Source: an uncultured Gammaproteobacteria bacterium (GTDB taxonomy: Bacteria > Patescibacteriota > Patescibacteriia > Magasanikbacterales > 2-02-FULL-50-9b). From it: 40,909 nucleotides of DNA. The translations under genes were made by a program, and so were the position numbers. The stretch is from assembly GCA_964623315.1 (NCBI GenBank), contig CAZUSU010000036.1, forward strand, positions 1 to 40,909, written 5' to 3'. Shown here in pieces: positions 17,842-25,641 of this stretch. The stretch's first letter is position 1, and every line of letters begins with the position of its first letter. The notes under the pieces are model-generated. The model did not search any database. It was not told the origin of the DNA and worked only from the letters and a program-made list of their open reading frames with translations.

Positions 17842-19815
17842 ATGGCAATAAATTTTTCTGCAGAATTAAACGAGGAACAATTAAAAGTTGTTACCGAAGG
17901 TTCCGGCGCCTGTTTGGTATTGGCCGGCGCGGGAAGCGGCAAGACACGCACGATAACGTACCGCGTGGCGTATCTGCTAGAACAGGGCGTGCCGCCGCAA
18001 CATATTCTGCTATTAACGTTCACCAACAAAGCGGCACGTGAAATGCTGACGCGCGTCACTGTTTTGCTGGGATCGGCGCCGCAAGGTTTGTGGAGCGGCA
18101 CCTTTCATAACATCGGGTATCGTATGGTGAGTTTATACGGGGAACGATTAGGTTTTAAAGGTCGTCCGACGATTTTGGATTCAGAAGACGCGCGCACATT
18201 GCTGTCCCAAGTAATGAAGGACGAGGGAGTTGATATGAAATCAAAAAAAACGCCATCTGCCAATGTGCTGGCAGAAATTTATTCGTACAGCCGCAACGCA
18301 ATGATTAATGTGGAAGAAGCGCTGGATATAAAAGCGCCGAGATTTTTTTCTGCGGTCGCCGACATTACGCACTGGTTTGTGCAATATGAAAAACGCAAAC
18401 GCGAAAATAATTTTGTGGACTTTGATGACTTGTTATTGTTGTGGCTCAAATTATTAACGGATCATCCGGACATTCACGCGCGACTCGCCGAACAATTTAA
18501 ATATATTTTGGTGGACGAATATCAGGACACGAATCGCGTACAGGCGCGCATTATTGAGCGACTCGCCGCCACCCATCACAATATTCTTGCGGTGGGGGAC
18601 GATGCGCAATCCATTTATTCATTTCGTGCCGCAGACATTGCCAATATTTTAGAATTTGAAAAGCGTTATCCGAACGCGCGCGTGTTTCATCTTTTGACCA
18701 ACTATCGCAGTTCACCGCAAATTGTTGACCTCGCCAATCAGGTGATAAAACAAAATAAATTGCAGTTTCAAAAAGAACTGCATAGTGTGCTGGCCGGTCA
18801 GGACAAACCGCGCGTACTGCGGTGCGACACGCCGGACACACAAGCCGCACGCATCGCCGATGCGCTGGAAAAACACCGGCGCGCCGGTGGCAAGCATGCG
18901 GATAATGCCATTTTGTTCCGCTCATCTTTTCATTCCCAGCCCATTGAATTTGAATTGACACGGCGCGGCATTCCGTATGATTACCGCGGCGGCCAGCGTT
19001 TTTTTGAACGCGCGCATGTGAAAGATGTGCTGTGCTATTTGCGCGCTTGTTTGTCACCGCGAGATTCGGTGGCGTGGCAACGCATTTTGGTTCACCACGA
19101 GGGAATTGGTTTGGAAGGCGCGCGTAAAATTTATGAACAAATTGCCGTCGGCACTGCGGTGGTTCCGGAAAAACGCACCCAGCGCGGCTGGGACACCGTG
19201 GAAAAAACCATGACCGCGTTAAAAACCGGTATCGCGGCGCAATCAAACATCGGTGATCTTGTCCGCGATGTCGTAACGCACGCGTACCGCGCGTACGCAC
19301 GCGCCGAATTTCAAAACGCCGACGACCGTCTTGCCGACATAGAACAGTTGGCAAATTTTACCAGCCGCCAAACGGATTTAAAATCTTTTTTGTCAGAAGC
19401 GGCGCTCCAAGAACAGTATCGCGCGCGCACGGAGACGGATGATCGCGTGGTACTCACCACTATTCATCAGGCAAAAGGTTTGGAATGGGATACGGTGTTT
19501 GTTGTGTCGCTCAACAACGGATCATTTCCCAATGAGCGCGCAACGCTGGAAGAGGGAGGTATAGAAGAAGAGCGCCGTTTATTTTATGTGGCGCTCACGC
19601 GCGCGCGCAAAAAATTGTGTCTCACGTACACGGTGCTCGGCGGCCGCAACAACGAATTAATTGTTTCGCCATCGCCGTTTTTAGATGAAATTGATCAGGC
19701 ACTGCTGTACAACGAACACGACTCGGCCACAGGAGAACCAACGTACGAGCCATTTGATGGCGAACGGCCGCGCGTGCGAGCAAAGTCATTTTTATCTGCG
19801 GTGGAAGATTTATAA
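17842..19815 (+). CDS. pcrA: UvrD/PcrA-family ATP-dependent DNA helicase
   Basis: LNEEQLKVV, Walker A AGAGSGKT, ILVDEYQDTN, VGDDAQSIYSFRAA, TIHQAKGLEW, LFYVALTRARK. Confidence 0.9.
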   Translation: MAINFSAELNEEQLKVVTEGSGACLVLAGAGSGKTRTITYRVAYLLEQGVPPQHILLLTFTNKAAREMLTRVTVLLGSAPQGLWSGTFHNIGYRMVSLYGERLGFKGRPTILDSEDARTLLSQVMKDEGVDMKSKKTPSANVLAEIYSYSRNAMINVEEALDIKAPRFFSAVADITHWFVQYEKRKRENNFVDFDDLLLLWLKLLTDHPDIHARLAEQFKYILVDEYQDTNRVQARIIERLAATHHNILAVGDDAQSIYSFRAADIANILEFEKRYPNARVFHLLTNYRSSPQIVDLANQVIKQNKLQFQKELHSVLAGQDKPRVLRCDTPDTQAARIADALEKHRRAGGKHADNAILFRSSFHSQPIEFELTRRGIPYDYRGGQRFFERAHVKDVLCYLRACLSPRDSVAWQRILVHHEGIGLEGARKIYEQIAVGTAVVPEKRTQRGWDTVEKTMTALKTGIAAQSNIGDLVRDVVTHAYRAYARAEFQNADDRLADIEQLANFTSRQTDLKSFLSEAALQEQYRARTETDDRVVLTTIHQAKGLEWDTVFVVSLNNGSFPNERATLEEGGIEEERRLFYVALTRARKKLCLTYTVLGGRNNELIVSPSPFLDEIDQALLYNEHDSATGEPTYEPFDGERPRVRAKSFLSAVEDL

Positions 19816-20220
19816 TTATTCAGCCGTGACAATAACTTTTCCGGCGAACCGCGGATCCAACCCTTTGTGGTCGTGGAATTTCCACGTGCCGGTTTTGGTG
19901 AATACAAAGCGCCATGTTTCTCCGGGCTTTATCGGTTTATTGGGATTAAATTCCGGATAGTCCGTATGTATTGGATGCGGGGTGCTTGCCGGCCAGTGAT
20001 CTTTTAAATCACTGTTGCGAAATTCAATGCCATCGCCGGAGCGTAACGTTATTTCTTTTGGGGTGACGCCGTTGGGATTAAAGGTAACGGCGGTAAAAAC
20101 CGGCTCGCGCACGCGGGCGGTAGTCGGCGCCAATGGTGTGGTCGCTGACCCACTGCATCCCCAGCCGGTGAGCACAAGCGCCGCGCCAAAAGCGACAGAA
20201 GCAAGTTTGGTGTAATTCAT
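19816..20220 (-). CDS. Cupredoxin-like domain lipoprotein/secreted protein
   Basis: ATG at 20220 gives MNYTKLASVAFGAALVLTGWGC (lipobox-like). Then FNPNGVTPKEITLRSGDGIEFRNSD...GETWRFVFTKTGTWKFHDH, resembling cupredoxin-like domains. Confidence 0.6.
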   Translation of the reverse strand: MNYTKLASVAFGAALVLTGWGCSGSATTPLAPTTARVREPVFTAVTFNPNGVTPKEITLRSGDGIEFRNSDLKDHWPASTPHPIHTDYPEFNPNKPIKPGETWRFVFTKTGTWKFHDHKGLDPRFAGKVIVTAE

Positions 20221-20292
20221 AGTTGAATCAGTATACCACGGCACTTGCCCCTATTTCAAAAACGTGTTATATTGTTCACAATAAAAATATCT

Positions 20293-20775
20293 ATGCGCTT
20301 TGACGGATTACACGAAAAAACGCTCGTACTTATTAAACCAGATGCCATTCAGCGCGGGCTGGTTGGCGAAATTATTCGCCGTTTTGAAATGAAAGGTTTA
20401 AAACTGGTGGGAATGAAAATGATGCGTCTTGAAAATGCCGTATTACGTGAGCACTACGCGCATATTAGCGATAAACCATTTTATCCGGGCGTCGCACGTT
20501 TTATGATGTCATCGCCTGTCATAGCAATGTGTTTGGAGGGGTTGGAAGTCGTGGAGGCGGTGCGCCTTATTACCGGCATTACCAAAGCGCGCAAAGCAGA
20601 AGCCGGCTCCATTCGGGGTGATTTGGCCATGAGCGTGGCGTGCAATGTCATTCATACTTCTGACACGGTGGAAAATGCACAACAAGAAGTGCCGCGTTTT
20701 TTTACGGCAGACGAACTGCATGATTATAGTAAAGGGGAGTATGAACACGTGTACACGGAGGATGAACGGGAGTAA
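20293..20775 (+). CDS. ndk: Nucleoside diphosphate kinase
   Basis: ATG at 20293 gives ...EKTLVLIKPDAIQRGLVGEIIRRFEMKGLKLVGMK. The active-site region is NVIHTSD (His). Confidence 0.9.
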   Translation: MRFDGLHEKTLVLIKPDAIQRGLVGEIIRRFEMKGLKLVGMKMMRLENAVLREHYAHISDKPFYPGVARFMMSSPVIAMCLEGLEVVEAVRLITGITKARKAEAGSIRGDLAMSVACNVIHTSDTVENAQQEVPRFFTADELHDYSKGEYEHVYTEDERE

Positions 20776-20859
20776 TGGTCTGTTCAAAAGTTGACGAATT
20801 TATAATAACGGTGTAATTTTTTATCGTCCTACTATTTAGGGCGTAGGCGAGGAGGAGTA

Positions 20860-22251
20860 ATGTCAGCTGTCCGTAAACAGGGGGGGATGGGTCGGAGTGG
20901 TTTTTTGTCATTTTTGCGTCATCCTGACGCGGCGCAGTGGATTGCTGGGGGTGATGCGCAGGCCGCAAATTTGGATGACGTTGTTCGCATGACTCTGGAA
21001 CGCATGTACGCACAGGCACGGCAAATTCATCGTGTGGGTCAAACGGGCGCTCGCGCGGGGATCGTTCTGCTCATTCGTACGCAACTGACGCGTGATGAAC
21101 AGCGCGCGCTCGGTAATGACGGAGAGCTCTATCTTGAGATGGTGGCGGCTCTTGCAGATTGCCACCACATTCTTGATGAGCTTGCCAAGTACGTGCCGGA
21201 CAATCTGCGTCAGTTGTGGTCTTCGGACGGCATTGCTAAAAATTGGTGCACGCCGGAAGAGGTGTTGGTCGGCATGTTCTTTCCGAATTGGGATGGGGGA
21301 CAGCGCCGTAGTGGTCCGTTGCAGGGCGGGTTGGACGGATTGCGTTCGTGGATCGCTATGCGCGCATGGTTTTTTGCGTGCAACTGGATGGTGCAGAGGC
21401 ATCTGTTGGTAACGGGTGCGCGCAAGATGAGGGCGTTTACGACGGCGCTGGAACACGGTGGTTTTTTTGAGCCCGTTGTAGATTCGCGCATTCAGAATCT
21501 CACGTTTTTTGTGGATCCGAAACGCGGTTTTTTGTGGACGAGTGAAGAAACCGGAGTGAGCGTGACGCTGGCTCTTTCGCATCGCACCATCAAGGTCAAG
21601 GATCGGCTTGTGCGTGTTTGGTACACGGCGCGGGTCAAAGAGCTTGCCGCGTTGTGGGGTCGCGCGCATCGGCGCGGTTCGGTTCATGATCATATTGCCG
21701 CAACGCTGATGTTTGAAAGCCATAAGGACTATGTGGATGCGGTACCGATCATCAACGGCATTCTGCGTCGCAAAAAGCAGATCGTGTCCGTGAAGGTCGT
21801 GGACGAAGGTCGCGTGGGAGGGCGGGTCAATCCGGCAAGCGCCGGATATCGCGGCGTGTTCTGGAGCGGTGTCATCAAGGTGGCCGGTGTGACAGTTGAG
21901 CTTGAATGTGCGCATCTGCCACGGTATCTTGACGGTGTTTGCTCGCTGACGCTGTTTAACCACCGCGCGTATGAGGTGCGCCGGTTGCTGGTTAGTACGG
22001 CTGTAGAGGGATCATCTCTGTGGCAGTTACTTTTTCCGGGGAAGTACTACCATGAGATGGACGCCGCAATGGCCATTCGCATGATTCGTCGCCAGCTCAT
22101 GATCGTTGCGACTGATTTGCAATGGCGCACCGGAAAGAACCTGCCGACGGCCGCATTCAGGGAGGTGGCGAAGCTGTGCGCAGTGCTCGAAGAGCATCCG
22201 GAGGCGATTCTTGAACCTAGCAGGTTCAGCACAGTACTGCACATTCCATAA
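20860..22251 (+). CDS. Hypothetical 463-aa protein, GC-rich. The C-terminal half has a RelA/SpoT-like (RSH nucleotidyltransferase) motif order with non-canonical residues
   Basis: Strong SD (AGGAGGAG) 4 nt before the ATG. Hand-counted sample lines are about 57-63% GC, against about 45% in a gpmI line. Residues 258-375 read ARVKELAALWGRAHRRG / VHDHIAATLMF / GYRGVFWSG / VTVELECAH / NHRAYEVRR. These parallel the RSH synthetase motifs RxKxxxSxxxKxxR / DxxGxR / GYRSxH / EIQIRT / HxxYK, aligned by eye only. Confidence 0.6.
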   Translation: MSAVRKQGGMGRSGFLSFLRHPDAAQWIAGGDAQAANLDDVVRMTLERMYAQARQIHRVGQTGARAGIVLLIRTQLTRDEQRALGNDGELYLEMVAALADCHHILDELAKYVPDNLRQLWSSDGIAKNWCTPEEVLVGMFFPNWDGGQRRSGPLQGGLDGLRSWIAMRAWFFACNWMVQRHLLVTGARKMRAFTTALEHGGFFEPVVDSRIQNLTFFVDPKRGFLWTSEETGVSVTLALSHRTIKVKDRLVRVWYTARVKELAALWGRAHRRGSVHDHIAATLMFESHKDYVDAVPIINGILRRKKQIVSVKVVDEGRVGGRVNPASAGYRGVFWSGVIKVAGVTVELECAHLPRYLDGVCSLTLFNHRAYEVRRLLVSTAVEGSSLWQLLFPGKYYHEMDAAMAIRMIRRQLMIVATDLQWRTGKNLPTAAFREVAKLCAVLEEHPEAILEPSRFSTVLHIP

Positions 22252-22268
22252 TTCCGAACCAAACCAGT

Positions 22269-22314
22269 CCGCGCTACCCCTTGAACCTGAAGGTGGTGGC
22301 GCGGCCGTTTTTTT
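22269..22314 (+). terminator. Intrinsic terminator after the 463-aa ORF
   Basis: CCGCGCTACC at 22269-22278 pairs with GGTGGCGCGG at 22295-22304. It is followed by CCG and T7 at 22308-22314. Confidence 0.6.
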
Positions 22315-22368
22315 GTTACACTGCTCGGGCGAGTGATGCGACGAAGTCGCCGTGAGTCACGGCGCGCG

Positions 22369-22661
22369 TCGGTATTTGAGTCGGACTATAGCGCAGTTGG
22401 TAGCGCGCATGCATGGGGGCTCGTGCGAAGCGAGAAGCCAACAGTTTGGCTTCGAGCCGCGCGAGCGAGCGAGTGATGCGATGTGAATCGCCACGAGCTC
22501 CGGTTTTGAGTTGTCTGTGTGGTCGGGGTATAGCTCAGTTGGCTAGAGCGCTTGCATGGGGTGCAAGAGGTCGTCGGTTCAAGTCCGGTTACCCCGACCA
22601 CATAGACAACGAGAAAATGAGGTCGCGGGTTCAAGTCCCGCTAGTCCGACTCAAATACCGA
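22369..22661 (+). other. Split tRNA-Pro-like gene: 5' half and 3' half separated by ~195 nt and closed by a perfect 21-bp helix
   Basis: The 5' half at 22382-22419 reads CGGACUA UA GCGC AGUUGGUA GCGC G CAUGC AUGGGGG. The 3' half at 22617-22649 reads AUG AGGUC GCGGG UUCAAGU CCCGC UAGUCCG A. The pair C1:G72 and discriminator A73 match the Pro identity set. The acceptor pairing continues into the flanks: 22368-22388 is the exact reverse complement of 22642-22662. Only 3 of 5 anticodon-stem pairs can form across the insertion. Confidence 0.55.
22524..22600 (+). tRNA. tRNA-Pro (anticodon GGG), CCA encoded
   Basis: Hand-folded cloverleaf: CGGGGUA UA GCUC AGUUGGCUA GAGC G CUUGC AU-GGG-GU GCAAG AGGUC GUCGG UUCAAGU CCGGU UACCCCG A CCA. 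It has C1:G72, A73, U33 and G37. The T stem has two G-U pairs. Confidence 0.85.
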
Positions 22662-22667
22662 CAAGAG

Positions 22668-22684
22668 AAGAGGTCGTCGGTTCA
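22668..22684 (+). repeat. 17-nt direct repeat of the tRNA-Pro variable-loop/T-arm segment
   Basis: AAGAGGTCGTCGGTTCA at 22668-22684 is identical to 22565-22581 inside tRNA-Pro. It is followed by AGCCCCCAT at 22688-22696, the reverse complement of ATGGGGGCT at 22413-22421 in the split tRNA anticodon loop. Confidence 0.7.
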
Positions 22685-22731
22685 GCCAGCCCCCATTGAT
22701 TTATTCTCCGTAATGACGTACGCTGGATAAA

Positions 22732-23871
22732 ATGTTTATGCGAATCACGTACGTCTCTAACGCGCGCATGCCCACGGAGCGCGCGCACGGCATACAAATC
22801 ATGCACATGTGTGCGGCGCTCGCCGCCGAGGGGGCGGCCGTCACACTGCTCATGCCACGGCGTCACAATAAAATTCATGACGATGTTTTCGTATATTACG
22901 ATCTGCCGGAGACATTCCGCGTCGTGTATGTGCCGTGCATAGATTTATTGTGGTTGCGTTGGGCGGAATCGTTTTTTTATTTTGTTGAACTGTTTACATT
23001 TTTATTTTTTGCTCGGTGGTATCTGTTGAGACATGATGCTGACGCTATTTTTTCGCGGGAACTTTTTTTATCACTATTTACGCGGCGAGTGGTGTATGAA
23101 GCGCACACCGTACCTCCACAGCCAAGCCGGATTGAACGATGGTTGTTACAGCGCACACAGCTTATCATTGCTATTTCACACGGGTTGGCGAGCGATCTTA
23201 TGGCGCACGGCGTGCCCACAAAAAAAATTACGGTACTGCCGGATGGCGTGTCCATAAAACAATTTGCGCGTCCGCCAGATTTTGATCGCGCCGCGGTACG
23301 GGAGCGGTTATTCGGCGCGCATAAAAATCGCACCGTTATTGTGTACGCCGGCAGTTATTTTTTACATCCGTGGAAAGGCGTTAACACCTTGCTGGACGCC
23401 GCAGAAAAATTGGACGAAAATTTTATTTTTTATCTGGTTGGTGGCTGTCCCGAAGAAATTGAAGAGGGCGGGCAGATTTTACGCGCGCGAAGTATTAAAA
23501 ATGTTGTGCTGGTGCCGCGTATTATTCACACTGCCGTGGCCGAATATGTTCAAGCGGCTGATATGGTTGCCCTGCCGAACAGCGGTGCATTTCAGATATC
23601 CGCTCGGCACACGTCACCATTAAAACTTTTTGAATATATGGCGGCCGGTACGCCAATTATTGCACCTGATTTACCCTCCACACGTGAAATTCTTTCCGAA
23701 CAAACGGCGGTGATGGTGATCCCTGATAATGCCACGGCATGGGCCGACGCGTTTCGGCAGGGTGCATTACATGCGCAAGGACTTTCACCACGAGCAACGT
23801 CAGCGCGTACTGCCGTTGACGCCTACGATTGGCGCGTGCGCGCGGGCACGCTATTAAAGCTCATTGCTTGA
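22732..23871 (+). CDS. Glycosyltransferase family 4 (GT-B fold)
   Basis: N-terminal MRITYVSNARMPTERAHGIQ and C-terminal SPLKLFEYMAAGTPIIAP (E-x7-E-like region). Confidence 0.8.
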   Translation: MFMRITYVSNARMPTERAHGIQIMHMCAALAAEGAAVTLLMPRRHNKIHDDVFVYYDLPETFRVVYVPCIDLLWLRWAESFFYFVELFTFLFFARWYLLRHDADAIFSRELFLSLFTRRVVYEAHTVPPQPSRIERWLLQRTQLIIAISHGLASDLMAHGVPTKKITVLPDGVSIKQFARPPDFDRAAVRERLFGAHKNRTVIVYAGSYFLHPWKGVNTLLDAAEKLDENFIFYLVGGCPEEIEEGGQILRARSIKNVVLVPRIIHTAVAEYVQAADMVALPNSGAFQISARHTSPLKLFEYMAAGTPIIAPDLPSTREILSEQTAVMVIPDNATAWADAFRQGALHAQGLSPRATSARTAVDAYDWRVRAGTLLKLIA

Positions 23872-23909
23872 CGAAAACGTCTTTTTTCTGGTAATCTGCG
23901 CACAGCGCT

Positions 23910-24923
23910 ATGCAACCAACTACCGTTTTTATCACCGGTGTTGCCGGTTTTTTGGGCAGTCATTTGGCTGAACATTTGTTGAAATTGGGCCACAAAGTTA
24001 TTGGGTGCGATAATTTGATTGGGGGCTATCTGGACAACGTGCCAGCCGGTGTTGAATTTTATACGCACGACTGCGGCGACCGCGAAGCAATGGTTAAGAT
24101 AATGCGTAATGCCGAGGTGGTGTATCATTGCGCGTCAACGGCCTACGAAGGGCTCTCCGTTTTTTCACCGCATCTTATTGCTCATAACACGTACGACATC
24201 ACTATTTCTGTTTTGAGCGCCGCCATTACCAACAAAGTAAAACGATTTGTTTTTTGTTCCAGCATGGCACGGTATGGTACGCAGGAGTCACTGCCGTTTA
24301 TGGAAACGATGGTGCCAAATCCGCAAGATCCGTATGGCATTGCCAAGTTGGCCGCCGAAATGACCGTGCGCAATTTATGCGAAACACACGGGCTGGAATA
24401 TGTCATTGCGGTGCCGCACAACATCATTGGCCCGCGTCAAAAATACGACGACCCTTTCCGCAATGTGGCATCCATCATGATCAACTTAATGTTGCAGGGC
24501 CGCCAGCCCATCATTTACGGCGATGGGGAACAGAAGCGTTGCTTTTCTTTTATCAGCGATGTGGTGAATCCGCTCATAAAATTGGGTTTTGAAAATCAGA
24601 TGCATGGGCACGTCATTCATGTGGGGCCGGACGAGGAATTTATTTCCATTAATCAGCTGGCACAGACCATTGCTCGTTTATTAAAAGTTCCTTTGCAACC
24701 GATTTATATGCCGGATAGGCCGCGTGAAGTAAAACTCGCCACGTGCAGTGCGCAAAAAGCGCGCGATATGTTGGGGTATCAAACATCCACCACGCTGGAA
24801 CAGGGATTGCAGGAAATGATTGCGTATATAAAAATGCGCGGCGCAAAACCATTCCGCTATCACATTGATATTGAAATTATCAACGACCTCACGCCAAAGA
24901 CGTGGAAGGATAAACTTTTTTAA
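23910..24923 (+). CDS. NAD-dependent nucleotide-sugar epimerase/dehydratase (extended SDR)
   Basis: Rossmann ITGVAGFLGSHL and catalytic YxxxK (PYGIAKLAAE). 337 aa. Confidence 0.8.
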   Translation: MQPTTVFITGVAGFLGSHLAEHLLKLGHKVIGCDNLIGGYLDNVPAGVEFYTHDCGDREAMVKIMRNAEVVYHCASTAYEGLSVFSPHLIAHNTYDITISVLSAAITNKVKRFVFCSSMARYGTQESLPFMETMVPNPQDPYGIAKLAAEMTVRNLCETHGLEYVIAVPHNIIGPRQKYDDPFRNVASIMINLMLQGRQPIIYGDGEQKRCFSFISDVVNPLIKLGFENQMHGHVIHVGPDEEFISINQLAQTIARLLKVPLQPIYMPDRPREVKLATCSAQKARDMLGYQTSTTLEQGLQEMIAYIKMRGAKPFRYHIDIEIINDLTPKTWKDKLF

Positions 24924-24924
24924 T

Positions 24925-25641
24925 ATGTATCGTAATCGCAAAGTGAGCGTGGTATTTCCGGTATATAATGAAGAGCAGAATATTCGTACCGCTATTGAAG
25001 AATTTTTTCTTAATCCGGCCGTTGACGAAGTAATTGCCGTTGATAATAATTCAAAAGATAAAAGCGCCGAGGAGATCAAACAGACGCGTGCCACGTATGT
25101 GCTTGAAACGCGTCAAGGATATGGCGCCGCACTCCAAGGTGGCATGGCGGCGGCCACGGGGGATTTGATCGTTACCGTTGAGCCGGATGGCACGTTTGTG
25201 GCGAATGATATTGAGAAACTGTTAATTTACAGTGAGGATTTTGATGTCGTTTTTGGCACACGCACCTCGCGCGCGCTGGTGTGGTCTGGCGCTAACATGG
25301 GATTTGCTTTGCGGCTGGGCAACTGGGCGGTGGCAAAATTTTTGGAGTATTTATTTAACGGCCCATCGCTCACCGATGTCGGCTGTACCTATAAATTGAT
25401 GCGTCGTCAGGCGTATGAAAAAATAAAAAATCAACTCACCGTTTTGGGCTCACATTTTTCGCCGGAGTTCATGATTCGTGTGTTGCAAAACGACATACGC
25501 TGTGTGGAGGTACCCGTACACTATCGCGCGCGCATTGGCACATCAAAAATTACCGGTGAATTGCATAAAGCAATTTTGCTCGGCCTCCGTATGATTTGGT
25601 TTATCATCGTTCAGCGATTCACATGGCACAAGAAAAATTAA
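24925..25641 (+). CDS. Glycosyltransferase family 2, polyprenol-phosphate (Dpm1/ArnC-like) type
   Basis: ATG at 24925 gives MYRNRKVSVVFPVYNEEQNI. Then AVDNNSKDKS, QGYGAALQGG, VEPDGTF and a C-terminal hydrophobic tail. Confidence 0.75.
   Translation: MYRNRKVSVVFPVYNEEQNIRTAIEEFFLNPAVDEVIAVDNNSKDKSAEEIKQTRATYVLETRQGYGAALQGGMAAATGDLIVTVEPDGTFVANDIEKLLIYSEDFDVVFGTRTSRALVWSGANMGFALRLGNWAVAKFLEYLFNGPSLTDVGCTYKLMRRQAYEKIKNQLTVLGSHFSPEFMIRVLQNDIRCVEVPVHYRARIGTSKITGELHKAILLGLRMIWFIIVQRFTWHKKN

Noticed and set aside
22413-22616. Group I intron in the anticodon loop of the outer tRNA
   Set aside because: The inserted segment contains a complete CCA-bearing tRNA and a duplicated leader module rather than recognisable P3-P9 core elements. 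The 3' exon also does not restore a full anticodon stem. Not excluded formally without a covariance-model search.
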